From NCBI GenBank assembly GCA_965645245.1, contig OZ287070.1:620001-684000 (forward strand): 64,000 nt of DNA. The letters run 5' to 3'. The position numbers and the translations under genes were made by a program. Each line of letters starts with the position of its first letter. The first letter of the stretch is position 1. The stretch comes from Massalongia carnosa. Lineage: Eukaryota. Below, piece after piece: positions 37,470-51,900 of this stretch. A model generated the notes under the pieces. The model worked only from the letters and a program-made list of their open reading frames with translations. It was not told the origin of the DNA and made no database searches.

Positions 37470-39752
37470 ATGGCGACATGGCCTGTTATCATGAATACAA
37501 TACCTCGGGTCAACTGGCTAAAAGCATTTATATTATGTATGCTAGTCACTCGGGCTCTAGCTGGGGAATTCAACTTAGCCATCCGCATGCTGGAGCAAGT
37601 GCAAAGACCTGCTTCAAAGAAAATCTATCAGAGAATTTTCTCCTTGCTCGATTTCGTCCTTACTTTGACACGGCAACGATTTTTACGAATAGTCAATGGC
37701 CAGATAGGATTTTGGGACATGGTACAGCTGATAACAGCGTGTAGTCTGGTCCAAACAATCAGGATCTGGAGAAGGCAAAGGAAGGCCCGGCGCAATGGGT
37801 CCGGATCGTCGGCAGGACCGGCGGTTGATGGTCGAAATCGCCGTGAAAGCGCAACAGCGTTATCGCGGGTGGATAACGAAAGTGCAAAGAGAGGTGAGCG
37901 CCATACGTTTCCTTCTGTGACGATGACAAATCCAACTGCCTGGCATTGATATTCTTCACTAGATGGAGAAATCACCGATCCTGGTTTGCTGAAAAAATAC
38001 TCCAGCCTCAAATCATATACGACTGCAATTGGGACGTATCCCTCCATTCGAACCTTTTACAGACCACACCCACAAGCTAATAAGCTTCCTTCCAAGCCAA
38101 CGCCCCTACCCTTATTGGTCTTTATACATGGCCTTGGAGGTTCTCTAGCGCAGTTCCACCCACTTCTCACGAGCCTGGTTAACGTAGCTCCCTGCCTGGG
38201 GGTGGACCTTCCAGGATGTGGGTTATCCCAGTTTGCACCCACGTCGTGGGAGCACTATACGGTAGGCGCCTTGGTGGAGCTGCTCAGCGCAGTAATCGAG
38301 GAGTATTGCCATCACAGTGAACGGCAGGGGATAATACTAGTTGGGCATAGCATGGGCTGTTCTCTATCCGCTCTTCTAGCATCCGCGACTTCGCCGATTC
38401 GCACAAAAAGTGCAATCGACGTGCTTGGACTTATAGCCATCTGTCCGCAAGCTTCACTGCCATCTGATCAACAAATCGCAACGTACGAAAAATTACTGCG
38501 AGTGCCCACGCCAATATTCAATATTTGGAGGCGCTGGGATAGACGCGGGGGTCCGGAAAGCGCAAGTGTTGCCCGATTTGTTGGAGCAGGCGCTGGGCTG
38601 GAAACGAAAAGACTCCAGGAACGGTTCAATATCCAAAGCCGTACAGCCGTATGGCGAAGAATGGCTTGGGGTGCATTGCCAAAGCGTAATGTAGGCAACA
38701 CGATGCAAGGAGGACTGCCTGGGCTTGAGGTTTGGGCCGGCCTTACTATGCCCCTTTTTCTTATAGCAGGCGAAGCGGACAGAATCACCCAGCCCGCCGA
38801 GGTTGCAAAGATTGGAAGAGTTTTGGGCAGGGCTGATAAACCGTCGCTTGGAATCAAAGCTGATTCTGTCACGGGTTCTTTCGCAAAGGCAAATACTGGC
38901 GAGGACTTGGATGCGAATGGGTATTTGAATAAAATCGAGAAGCAAGTCCCTAGAACTTCGGAGACGGAGATTACATTCATTGGGAACAATGAACCGCCGA
39001 AGTCTCCGAGCCTCAATGATAGTCCTACATACTCCAGAAAACGTCAAGTGCTGAAGACAAGCATTCTACCAGCCCCAGCCTCCCATGCCTTGCTTTACGA
39101 TCCTGCTACTTACCGCACTTTAGCAGGCCTCATTCACACCTTTCTCTACGATCACGTTGATACAAGACTCTCCCTTGGATGGCAGCTACAATACCTATCC
39201 ACAGAAGGCAAGTGGGATGTGAAGAATTTTAAAAAGTGGCAGGCCGTTCGCCCAGTCTCCGAACCCATTGGTGGAATCTTTCGGGCCATGAAAACCTTGC
39301 GAGAAGTTGATGAAATACACTCCCCGGAGGCTTTTGTAAGAGACTGGAAAGGCAAGATCAAATCCGTCATCGATATTAGTCATGAGAGTCCTGTGTACAA
39401 TCCAAAGGCTTTGGACGAGGGCGGCATAGAATATCACAAGTTCCCTACAGTCTCCAAAATCCCCCCTACGGCCCAGGAGGTCAAAGATTTCATTCAGCTA
39501 GTCGATCAACTACGCTTCAGTTCACCTTCACCCGAGGCCGACGCACCGCTCATCGGGGTGCATTGCCACTATGGTTTCAATCGTACAGGATTTTTTCTTT
39601 GCGGATACCTGATTGAGAAGGAAAATTTCAGCGTTCAAGAAGCGATTGACGAGTTTCGTGTTCATAGACCGCCAGGGATCAGGCATGAACATTTTCTTGA
39701 TACGCTTTTCGTTCGATATTGTGTGGGTTTAAAGCGTGTCCCTACTCTTTGA
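37470..39752 (+). CDS. Alpha/beta-hydrolase plus dual-specificity (Cys) phosphatase fusion protein (intron 37894-37962; 5' start uncertain)
   Basis: VFIHGLGGS and GHSMG nucleophile elbow; C-terminal IGVHCHYGFNRTG CX5R loop; hydrophobic N-terminal exon joins in frame. Confidence 0.85.
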
Positions 39753-40107
39753 TGCGTAGTATTTGACCAGTTTGGGACCATGAAGGACCTTGGGATGGGT
39801 GATGGAAAACTCGAAATGGGCGTATGGCCTTAGGAAGCATTTGCAACCGTTTTGGTAGGCTTGCTGCATAATTTCGCTCTTATTTGGTATATAAAGGGGC
39901 CCCAGCAATCGAGAGCAATCTCTCAACATTCTGTTTGCTCCATCCACTATTGGACATGCCTTACACCCGCGTCTACCTAGTATTTGCAGCAACACACCAA
40001 GAGAATGTCATTCCTTTCCAGATATGTTTTTCAGGGAAGGGGGGAGATTTGCAAGCGTATACTGATATGTGGGAGAAGTATTAGATCATTGTGAAACTCG
40101 GTTCCAA

Positions 40108-40118
40108 GTTAGGGTTAG
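40108..40118. promoter_or_regulatory. Telo-box-like motif (GTTAGGGTTAG) upstream of the ribosomal protein gene
   Basis: About 190 bp upstream of the RPS19 ATG. CCCTAA-type motifs are known from fungal ribosomal-protein promoters; function here is inferred. Confidence 0.4.
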
Positions 40119-40304
40119 ACCGAAACTAGTTAGATAGATACCTTGTACCTAAAGTTATGCTAATTAAGTCTGCCAAGGCTAAGCGAGCGTCCACACAAGC
40201 CAGTTCAATATCGCACGAAAGGGCCCCCTACTGATAATCTCAATCACCAACCTCAAGTCCACAACCTCGTTCATTTCCCCGATACAGGACCGAATATCGC
40301 GATC

Positions 40305-41292
40305 ATGACGGGTGGTGTGAGTGTTCGCGATGTTGATGTAAGCTGCTTCTGAACCTGTACCGAAGGAAATGATATATAAGACTGGGGCCACCAGGAGGGC
40401 ACGAGGATTTAGAGCACAAGCAAAAGAGCTTGGGAGCCAGGACAAAGAGATGGTCTACTAGGACTTGAACTGCTTTGACTATGGATGAATAACTTTCACT
40501 AACAAGCACCTTTGAACGCCTCCAGGCGCAGAAATTCATCATTGCCTACTCGGCTTTTCTGAAGCGACAAGGGAAACTGCCTATTCCAGGTTCGTCAAAG
40601 CTTTTCCCCCTTTCATCTCTTCGTCCAAATATCACACCTGGTGTTCGCAAACCAGGAACAAAGCAGCTAACTCCGTCCTCAACCAGGCTGGGTCGATACC
40701 GTCAAAACCTCCCCCTCAAAAGAACTTCCCCCACAATCAATTGACTGGTACGTACCCTCCACCTTCCCATAATCCTTTCCGGCCTATCCCTTGTCACCTT
40801 CCACCCTCTTTACCACCCTCTTTACCCCCCTTACCAACATCTTCGCCACTAAAAAAAGGTTCTACACCCGCGCCGCATCTGTCGCGCGCCACGTTTACCT
40901 TCGCAAAACGGTGGGCGTCGGCCGCCTGCGAAAAGTGCACGGCAGCACCAAGAACCGCGGGTCGCGGCCTAGCCACCACGTCGATGCTAGCGGGAGTGTA
41001 GATCGAAAGGTCATGCAGGCGCTAGAGAAAATTGGGGTGTTGGAGAAAGATGAGGAGAGGGGAGGGAGACGTATCACGCAGGGGGGACAACGGGATTTGG
41101 ACCGTGAGTTTTCTCCTTCGCCTAATCCTGTTTGGTGTCTTAGACATGGGTTTTCCAATGAACAAACTGATGTGGAGGGGAACGGAGCAAAGCGGCAGTC
41201 GCGGATTTAAGGCTAACATCCGACCTTTTCCGGCTGTAGGAATCGCACAAACGACTATCGAAGAAAGCGACGAGGAGGACGATGAAGAGTAG
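40305..41292 (+). CDS. RPS19: 40S ribosomal protein S19 (eS19), 5 exons
   Basis: MTGGVSVRDVD|AQKFIIAYSAFLKRQGKLPIP|GWVDTVKT..KELPPQSIDW|FYTRAASVARHVYLRK...GGRRITQGGQRDLD|RIA. Confidence 0.97.
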
Positions 41293-42622
41293 AAGCTATT
41301 GGGGGTTTTCCATCATATCACTTCCCACCGAATCAGGAACGTTTAACTAAGTAGCCAGTACATGTACGAACCTGAAGGCTGAATAAAGTCACTGGTAGTT
41401 TTTCGCCCACTTGAGATATTTCTTCCTCCCCGGGGCCGTGAACTCTTCTGTATGTAGGTAATTAGTTACAACCAACCAAGCTCCCCTTTGGTATTTCTCG
41501 CTCTGGGAAGCTACAGGCAAATCTTTCCCAGCTGATTGTTTCTTCTATCCCTCGCCCTTCGCCCCTCGCCCCTCGGCCCCTCTTCCTCACTTCCTCACTT
41601 CCTTATCCCTTTAACTCCCCCTTTTCAAAGAGCCAACCTGGCTGGAACTAACCCTTAGAAACACTCTCGCCACCCACTATAGGAAAACAAACTCTCCATT
41701 CCGAGTCCGGTTCCCTCGCCCAATTCACTAGACCTCATTCCCACATCCCCCGCCCTGCGTCCCTCCAAACCAACTGAATGAATGAATGAACGAGCGAATA
41801 TGAATCGAAAGGATAAATAAGGAGGAAGCCTGTAGGCAGGTAGGTAAGTAATGAAGGGAAGGGAGGAAGGATGGGTTTAGGTTAGGGTCAAGCAGTGCAG
41901 GCATGTAGGTATGGTTTGCGGGAAGGATAAGGGGAAGGAAAAGGAATCTACGTGAACAACCACCAAGGTCAATTACTCCTAAAAACTAAAATCAAAGCTA
42001 GCAAACTTAAGGTTTGTTTTAAATTCTCCCAGCGTCTGCTGGAAGGGAAGGGGAAAAAGAAGATTCGTACAATAATGTTTCCTTATCCTCATCGTTAGGT
42101 GACGAGGTAGCAACCGATAAGTTTCCCGCAAAGACACCAAAAACTGAAGAAGACGAAGACGAAGATGAAGAAGAACCAGCACGGCCTCCCATTTCCCCGC
42201 CTTTTACTTGCCAGTAGCCCTGTCCTTTTTCCATCCAAACCTTTCCAGCCGGATGAGAAATCCAGAAAGCCATTCACGCCATCCATTATTTATCCTTTAG
42301 CCCACGACGCCGAAGCTCTTGTGAGCCGATTCGCGAGCCGCATCAAAGGGTGTTTTTTGTCTTGGGTTTTTCTCTGGCTCAGTTCGAGGGGTATCTATGT
42401 AGAATTTTGGAGAAGGGAGAGGGGTGATAAAAGCATGATTTGAGAATAGGAGAGGGAGGTAGGTCATCAGTGCCAGATGCGGTATGATTGCTGAATGAGA
42501 TTCTATTGCATGGGGGAAAGCAGCGGTACTATAGCGAGTCGCAAGAAAAACCCAGTATCTAGACCAGCAAACTTGACGAGGATTGGGCGAGATCTTTAAC
42601 GCTGCAGCACGCGAGCGATAGG

Positions 42623-45600
42623 TTACTGCGGCACGCCCTGATAGAAACATTAACGTTACTCTCTATACAACTCCTGCGGAAGTACTTACAAAGAGGAAGG
42701 CAAGTTCTCGTGTTCCGAGCCGGCCAATGCTCTGACTTGCTTTCTCATCCAGAGCTCCCTCGATCAACTCCCGTTTCTTTTCCTGCAACGCAAGGATGCG
42801 GTCTTCAACCGTCTCTGGAACGAGGATCCGATGTACTTGCACCGGCCTCATTTGCCCGATACGATGAGCACGATCGATGGCCTGCTCTTCAATATAAGGG
42901 TTCCAGAAAGGGTCGAAAATGATGACCTGGGAGGCAGCGACGAGATTGAGTCCCGAGTTGCCTGCTTTGAGAGAAACGAGCATGACTTTGCATCGAGGAT
43001 TGTCGGAAAACTCAATGACGGCTTCATTACGAGCATTGGAACTCATGCTCCCATCATAACGTTTATATCCCCACAGCTTGCGGGAGATTGGAATTTCGAG
43101 CAGATCCAGCAATGAGGTGAATTGGCTGAAAATAATGGTTTTCTCGCCCTCCTTCCGGTCTTGAGTGGCCTGAAGAATCTCCATGACCTTTTCAATCTTC
43201 CCGCTCGTCTCCCACTCTTTTTCCAATCTCCGGAGATACTGCCGACGCGACTTTACGTTTCGCGCCCCTTCTTTCTTAAGCTGAGCCAACGTCTTCCTTG
43301 GTGGCTTGTTTTCCTTTGCTTTGCCCTTGCCTTTCTTAGCTTTCTCCTTCGGCTTGCTCTTGGCAGATTTCTCGAACGGTGTCTTGCCCTGGCGATACCC
43401 CTCCTCACCAGATTCATCATCGCTCGCCGGTTCAGCCTTATCGGTCGTTTCTTCATCTGGAACTATGAAATCTTTCAGGTCTTCGGAATTATCCGAGCCG
43501 TCCGAGGCATCATTGTCGTCGCTTTCGCTATCGCAATCATCAGTCGACTCGACTTCCGCGTCCAAGCTATCGACCCCGGCCAATTCCGGCATATGGACTT
43601 TCTTGAACGCGTTATGATCTATGATTTTGGTGGGAATGACCTTTCCACGACAGCTAGGACACTTTATCTCCGCGTTACGGCCATCAGCATCACCACCGGC
43701 AATGGCTTGTGAAGGGTCGGATATCCTAGCAAAGCATTCGGAGCATGTGCTATGACCACAGGGAATGAAGATGGTGGCATTTTCCGCCATGTCCATGCAC
43801 ACGGGGCATTCTAGCGCACTCTCCTCGTTCGAGCCACCCTGCTCCATGATGCGAGCCACCACGTCGGCCGTCAACTCTTTCGCCAGGGTAAGCATGTCTT
43901 TCATGGAGACGTCTGTTCCTCCCGAAGACATCCCAAAGTCTTTGATCAAATGCGGATGACAGCATGCTTGGCGAAGGCGGAGAAGTAAAACTAGGACGTT
44001 TGAATAATTTCGTCCAACAGTACCTGCTTTGAGATACTTGTTGAATTGGAGCTGCGTTTGGGATTCGAGTGCACGGTAGAAGGCGTGCTCGTCATCGCTG
44101 AATACAGCATGTTGAGCTATGGTAGTCCTCTCCGGCAAGGTAAGGATAGGTGCACCATCGATCTTCGACTTCTTCGTCCGACGTAGAAGGATGGCCTTGA
44201 GAAGGGCCTGCAATTTCTGCATGGCTTTGTTCTTTTCATGTTCGTTGGACTGTTTCAGAGGTTTGGTAAAGTCTCGATTAAATTTATCTAGCGAGTTGTA
44301 AGGCTTGATGCGGAGGAAATGAATGAGCGAATAAAGCTCGCCGACGTTGTTCATCATTGGCGTGCCGCTCATGCAGAATCTTGTCAGTGCCTGCAGCGAA
44401 GCAGCACCCAGGGCTGCCTTGGTGTTCTTATTCTTGATGCACTGGGCTTCATCAACGATTACTCTGAACCATTTACACTCGTCGCCCAGCAGAGGAAGCT
44501 GGTCTCCCTTGGCCGTTGGTCGCCAGTTGGGATTCGCTCGCTTTGCCATATCGATCCCCTCTTTCCGTTTGACCTCATTTGCCAGGGTTCCAAAGGTTGT
44601 AAGAACGACGTCATAATTCCTGAGTTGCTCCCAAGTCGTTTGACGGTTTGCTCCATGAAGGATGAAACTTGTGAGTTTGTTTTCACGGCCGGGCTTGAGC
44701 TTCTGTTGTATCTCCCGTTCCCACTGCTTCATGAGTGCAACCGGGGCCACTATCAGGGTAGACTTGCGTGTCGGATCTGAAGATCTTCGTGAGACCATTA
44801 ACGCCAGTGCTTGAATTGTTTTACCAAGACCCATGTCGTCGGCCAGAATCCCGCCCTTGTTTGAGCCTTCTTCCATACTCTTCATCCAAGCTAAACCCAG
44901 CTTTTGATGTTCCATCAATGGGTATGTCATCGCGTCTGGTGTTCCTTCCCGATTCTCCGCCGGTAAGTCTTCATCGGGTCGAATGTTTTCCAGGAGCGAT
45001 TTTATCTCAGCCGAGGTCCGGGTTGGATCGTTGGTGAGATAATTGACGCGATCTAAGTAACGGTCGACCAGCTCACGATTCTTGGGATCATCTGCATTGA
45101 TCGAGTGCCCGTTCAGTGCGTTGTAAGCTAGACTTTGCTGAGGTTGCCCATAGCAGTCGAGGTCAATGTCGGGAATCACTTGGGGGTTGCCGGATGTCCC
45201 GGCTGAACAGTAGTTGTAAGGATCGCCGTATGTTGTATTCAGGCTTGGATAGCTAGCAATCTGTTGATCGATCAAGGAGTACGCTGTATTGAAGGCGCCC
45301 TTGGCTGCATTAGAAACTGTCTGGCCAAACTGCCCAGCGGCGTTGGTCCAGGTTTGTGGATTGTCGCTAGACGCGGTGGAGTTGTACACACTACTACCTC
45401 CATAGCCCATACCCGCCTGATATGGATTACCATATGGGTTTAAAGGTGCATTATGAGCCTTGGCGTCAACCATCGGGATGCCAGCCAAAGCTAGATCCTG
45501 CCCAACGCCACCCCGAGAGTTTATCTGAATACTTCCATTGGTTGGGTCATACTTATGGATCCATGGCAGTTTTCGCTCCGATCTAATGTCCCTACTACTT

Positions 45601-46841
45601 TCTCGCCAGGAGCGCGGATTAATTTCGACGAGGTCGCTGCTGGCATCCCCAGGACCTTCATCATACTCGTCGCCACTCCCAAGGTCGACAAAATCGTCTT
45701 TTGGTAGTGAAGAGACGTTTAGCGGCAATCGAGACCCGTCTGATTTGATTCTGGCTGGGGTCGAGAGGTGGTGTGACGACTTGGTTTGGCCATGAGGCCA
45801 ACTAAATGGCAAAGGTAACTCTTCCTTTGGGGGCGGTGGCGATGACGATAACAGAGGCGCTGTAAGAGGATGCCTCCTCTGAGCATCGAAAAAGGTCTGA
45901 GAGGTTGTTCGAGGGAGGGTGTTTGGCATAGCCCAAGATTGATAATGCTGTCCGGAAGCTGCATCCGCTTCCTCTTGCATCTGTCTCGCTAATTCCGCGT
46001 CGCGGCGTTCTTGCTCCCTCCGGTCTTGAATCATTTTCTCCTGTACTTTCTGATCCTCGCGCATTTCCCGTAAGTGATCCTTGGGGTTGCCACCGATTAG
46101 GCGAAATAAATCGGCATTCTCGGGAATATCGAACGATTCCATCGACGAAGGAGTTGTGGTACCTGTCATAGCGGGACTTGGCGTGGTACGCATGGCTTTG
46201 GCAGCGTGGCCGGTAGAAAGGGCGGGAAGACTTAAGCTATCTCGCGGTCGTTTCTTCGAAAGGGTTGACGGTGCTGGCAGTGATGGCGATGGGACCGAGG
46301 ACCCTTGGTCAGGGCTGGAAGCCGAGCCTCCTGACGATTGCTCCACGTCTGCTCTCTGGAAGAGTGAAGGGTCACTTACTCCGTTGGATTTGTTGCCCAA
46401 ATCTCCAAAGTCCCACGATGGCGTTGCAATGCTTTCGTTCTGCATCGGTAGCATCCCGTCAGACACAAAATGACGGCCAAAGCCATTTTCCACTCCGGCG
46501 TATGCTGAAAATCCGCCAGAATCCCTTGGAAGAGGCGGGCTGCTGTAACTCGAGTAAGGCCGACCGTATTGCCCTGATGTGGGCATCGTAACATTTTCCG
46601 GAAGACTCCCGGCACCGCTGTCGTCGAGAAACTTTAAGTCTTGCTGATACTGGCGTGTTTGCTCCTCAGCCTGCTTGTTATCCAGCATCATCTCCAACTG
46701 TCCCAGGCCTTGGTCCAGCTTGCTCTTTCTTTCCGTATAGCCTTCCACTGCAGTGTCCAACGACATCAGCAACGCCTGCGTCTGGGCAATGCCATCGCGG
46801 ATCGCGGAGATGGATACATCCGACGCTTCATCCGTCATCAT
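42623..46841 (-). CDS. ULS1: SNF2-family ATPase with inserted RING finger, Uls1/Ris1 type (terminal intron 42638-42689; last exon GVPQ*)
   Basis: GGILADDMGLGKT, VIVDEAQ, SGTPMMN, RING CPVC...PCGHSTCSEC...CPSC, IIFSQFT, QAIDRAHRIGQ; SIM-like hydrophobic-acidic patches in the N-terminus. Confidence 0.9.
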
Positions 46842-48929
46842 GAGGTAATTGAAGGATATTGGTGGAGGCTAATGGTGCACCAACAACGATGGGATTAAGC
46901 AACACTCGTTGTGGAGAGGTTGAGGAACGCAATCAGCCGTCGACAGGGCACATTGACGCTGGGTTAACCAATGTACCGTAGCCAGCCCGGAAGGCTCTCG
47001 TCCGCGATGGAAGGTGGAGGGTGGGGGAGGTGGGTAGTGGATGGATGTCAAAGGCGGTATCGCATGCGAAAGTTAAAGAGATAAGTGCTGATAGCATATG
47101 GGCAAGCATGATGGGTTGAAGGGTTGAAGCAAGATCAAGATTTACAGTGCTCTCCTTGACACCGTGAATATGACGCGCTACCTCAAGGTTTCCGCTAGGT
47201 GCTCACATAGTGACTTGATCCTTAACACTTACACCGCACACGGATCAAGATAGCCTCATCGCCACTAGTTCAGGTCTAGCCTCAGCGTACTCTGTAACAA
47301 CGGATTAGGACCTCCGGGGAATTCTCCGATGAACTCCGTACAGAGTAACTAGGTAGTTATATCTGTATATGTATCGGTATTTACATACACCTATCCATAT
47401 AACATGAATTGCCCGATCCAGCGACACGTTTACACAGCACAGAGTACAAAGCAACCTTTGGGTAGAGAATCAAATGATTCAAAAGAAACGTAATGCTCAC
47501 GAGACTCTGGTAGCTAAAGTACAGAGTACTTGTCAATCCCCTTGCCTGAAAGCTTACAAGGCTGAAGGCCGACATGCTGGTAAGTTATTCCGTACGGAGT
47601 TACATGCCAGAGGCCTAGTTAGTCTAGCACTCGTACTCTGCATTGAGATCGGACACCCGTGACGCCCGAGGCTGCTACCTCTCTCGTACCCTCCGGGCCT
47701 CCACTCTTTACAAAAAGGCCTAACGTAAAGGCCCAAGCACACACGGAAAGTCTGATGTTACCCTGAAACCCTAAAGCCTTGGATCATCCCGTCGTTGCCC
47801 GTAGGCCGTAGGTAGGGCTTTGACACAAAAGGAACAAAAGGAACCAAAGGAGTTTAAACCCCTCGTTGCACCTGTCGAGTAACTCAATGGAGTACTTCGT
47901 ACTTCGTACCTACATGGCCAAGTTATTCTGTTCAGCAACACTAGTTAACTGTAAGAAAGACGCGCATCACTCAGGGGACATGGAAGCCCAAACAGATCAA
48001 CAACAAACAGGCCCGCCTTTGGTTCAGGAAGGAAGGTGAAGGATGCCATATCCTGTAGCACATCGGTCGATGAAATCACCATTATCTCTAGATCTTGCTC
48101 GCTCTACAGAGCACTCTGGCCCCGGGAATTCAATCGACGCCTGTGCCACTGTGGCGTGAACCATTTTGCATCCACTCGTTGGTTCTCCTTGGCAGGTGCT
48201 TTCTATGTCGGCGAGTTTTAGATGCTCTTTGTCTACGAAGCACGTATTCTGTACTCTTGTACCGTACTTCGTCTATCCAGCTGACCTGATACGAGCACTA
48301 CTCTCCACGTTCTTGATCCTAAACATCCTTTGTACCTTATTCGTTGGAAAATCATGCATGTCTTGTTAAGTTACGTGAATTGGCTAATCGTGACCACTAT
48401 GCTACTCTTCCCACATCTTACGTGTCGGATAGCGCAGGAAGATCAAGCACTCGAGGCACACATCCATGACGAAAGCATTCATGCTACCCAGTCTGTCAAG
48501 GATATATCGAAGCATATCGACCAAAATATGAACGGTGTCTTGCAAAGCCCGAAAGATCAAATCTCGTGGCCGCAGCAGTGCAAGCAACATGGAAGAGGAG
48601 ACATGATGTGACCAGAAGAAAATGAAGCGACAGATCTCGAAGCGAACGCTCAGATATAACATAGCCCCGCCTCATCGCTCCGCCTTCCTGCAAAGTTGCT
48701 TGGCGAGTCGATGGTAAACGTCACGGTGGAGATGTGCAGCCAAACGTTAGGCCTCCAATGCCACAGTGCCGTACGCCTTACACCTTACGCCTTGCGCTGC
48801 CAAACCCACCGCTTGCGAGTAGTTACTGCAAATGAACCTACAATCTCCAAATGGCAAGATATCCGAAGCAGCCGTTTCCGCAAAAGAAGCATCCTCGTGC
48901 AAAATGTATGTAGTATGCCAGATATAGGG

Positions 48930-51900
48930 CTATGTGCTGTGAGATCGCAACAGAATCTGTTATTCGGTCAGCAAGCGCTGAAACGATGAAACAAAAGGCA
49001 TGCAACTTACCCGCTCCAGCGGATCTTGCTGATCTGCGCTAACCAGAACCGGGCTATCCAGTGTTTCATTCATGGGGCCTGAGGATGTTATTGCGCGCGA
49101 TTCAAGCTGCGGCCTCAAAGGCCCCGTTTTTGGAGCCCCATTTCCTTGGTGAACGGATGGCGTAGATTCTACTGGGTCGTCTTTTGGCGACAACCTCGTT
49201 TCCTTTCCCCGTTCTAGCAGCTTCCCTCCCAAAGTGGCACACTTGAGTATGGTTTGCATCATCTGGTTCTGCTTCAACGGTTTTGTGAGATACTCGTCCA
49301 TCTGCGCTTGAATGCATTTCTCACGATCACCCAGCATAGCATGGGCGGTCAAAGCAATAATTGGTGAACGGACAAGCCCTTCCTCACGTTCGTATTCCCG
49401 TATCTTTGCCGTTGCCTCGAAGCCACCCATGACAGGCATCTGTACATCCATCAAAATAACATCATACCTTCGCTTTTTGATGGCTTCCAAAGCCTCCAGA
49501 CCATTGTTCGCTACTGTCACTCCGTGGTTATATTTTTCCAGGATTTTCACTGCGAGACGCTGGTTGACATCATTATCTTCTGCAAGGAGAATGTTGAATG
49601 ACTTGGAATGGTCTGATATTGAAAGGGTTTGACGTCCTTCAAGTGCTGGAATCATGCCATTTCCCAAGTCAATTGGTAAACAAGGTGTCGTCATGTACGA
49701 GGCTATTCCAAGATCCAAGGCCGACTTCATATTGACAGACACAATAGGGGCCAAGAGAACAATAGGAATGTATCTCAGCTCGTCAACGTGGCGCAATTTG
49801 ATTGCCGTGTCCATGCAATCAACAATGATTACATCATAAGCCAGCCCACCGTTCTTCTTTGGGGATGCAGCAGGCATCCTAGGTCGAGGAACCTGATACT
49901 CTGTGCTTACGATCATAGGCTCCAACTCAAGCTGCTTGAGCATCTCCGTAATTTCGTTGGCGTACCTAGTTCGACCTTTGTCGATAAAAAGAACACGATG
50001 ATTCTTGTAAGCAGCCAACTGAGTCCCAAGTCCGCTGAGATCTTGAGCAGCGAGCTTTACAACACAAGTGAAGAAAAATGTGCTTCCATGCCCGTAGCGT
50101 GAGGTCACCCACAACTCTCCACCCATAAGGCTAACCAGTTTTCTTGAGATTGATAAGCCCAATCCAGTTCCACCAAATTTCCGGGTAGTGGATCCATCAG
50201 CTTGTTGGAAAGTATCAAAAATCAGGCCTAGCTTGTCTGCCTGAATACCGATGCCGGTATCTGATACAGAAAACTCGAAAGCATACTCTTCAGGACTAGT
50301 GGCTATGCCCGAAGCTCGACAAATAGTTAGCTTTACTTCGCCATGCTCTGTAAACTTGATGGCATTGCCAACTAGATTGAGGATGATTTGACGAAGGCGA
50401 AACGGATCTCCAATAACGTAATCTGGAACCGAGCTATCCACTTGATACGCTAAACTGATTAATTTGTCATTTGCCTTCACTGCTAGGGTCTTCAGCGCGC
50501 TGAAAACCGTGCCCCGCATAGAGAAGTTGATGGCCTCCATCACCATGCGATTTGCTTCAATCTTTGAGATGTCAAGAATATCATCAATAATGGTCAACAA
50601 GCTGTTGGCTAGATTATGCACTATATTCAACATTTCCCGCTGATGCATCGTAAGATCTGTGTCTAGGGTAAGCTGCGACATTCCAATGATCCCATTCATC
50701 GGAGTTCGTATCTCGTGGCTCATATTTGCCAAAAATTCTGATTTCGTTCTGTTTGCAAGTTCAGCAGTCTCCCTTGCGGTGGTGTTTCTCTGAATGCTGT
50801 CCCGGAGATCCCGTATCATCTTATTGATCTTCCGTTTGAGGTCATCCATCTCACCAGAGGCATTCACAGTGATTAGCTTAGTGAGATCTCCATCTGTAGC
50901 AGAATCGGTAATCTCTCCAAAAGCACGCACTTGAGAAGTAAGATTATCTGCCATGGTATTGACGTCCTCTGTGATCTCTTTCCATCTTCCACTAACATTG
51001 TTTACATTCGCTTGACCGCCCATTTTGCCATCGACCCCTACATCACGTGCCACTCTTTTAACCTCTCGAGCAAAAGTGTCAAGCTGATCGACCATGTCAT
51101 TGATGGTGACTTTAAGTTTGAGAATCTCTCCTTGAGCGTGTACCTCAATTTTCTGGCTGAGATCTCCACGTGCGATGGCTTGAGTCACATCTGAAATACC
51201 TCGGACCTGTTGAGTCAAGTTGAGCGCCATTGTATTGACGTTCTTAGTCAATTCGGCCCATTTCCCTTCCACATTATCAACATTGGCCTGGCCGCCCAAA
51301 GTACCATCAGTGCCGACTTCGCGAGCTACTTTGCTAACTTCGAAAGCAAAGTTATTGAGCCTATCCACCATTGCATTGATTGTTACTTTTAGGTCCAGAA
51401 TTTCTCCTTTAACTTCAGCTGTGACCTTTTGGCTCAGATCGCCTTTCGCAACAGCAGTCGTAACCGATGCAATTTCCCGTACTTGAGTGGTGAGGTTCAT
51501 CGCCATAACATTGACATTCTCTGTCAAATCTTTCCAGGTTCCTTCCACGTCGTGAACAGTAGCCTGCCCTCCAAGTTCTCCGTCGGTTCCAACAGCTCTA
51601 GCAAGCCTAGTGACCTCTTGGGCAAACTGTCTTAGCTGATCAACCATTGAATTTATGGTTGATTTTAGCTCAAGAATCTCTCCTTTACAGTTAGCCTGAA
51701 CCTTTTGTGTCAAATCTCCTCGCGCCACAGCTGTTGTTACTGTAGCTATATCTCTGACCTGGTTCGTCAAGTTGTTGGCCATTGCATTAACGTTGACCGT
51801 GAGATCGCTCCACATGCCCTTGACTCCATCAATCTGAGCTTGACCACCTAGAACACCTTCTGTACCAACATCACGAGCCACCCTTGTAACTTCTGTAGCA

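Noticed and set aside
33904..39752. DHAD as a self-resistance gene of a biosynthetic cluster
   Set aside because: No PKS, NRPS, terpene cyclase or P450 in the window; neighbours are housekeeping genes.
40338..40525. Long first intron of RPS19 as a snoRNA host
   Set aside because: No convincing C/D or H/ACA box arrangement seen.
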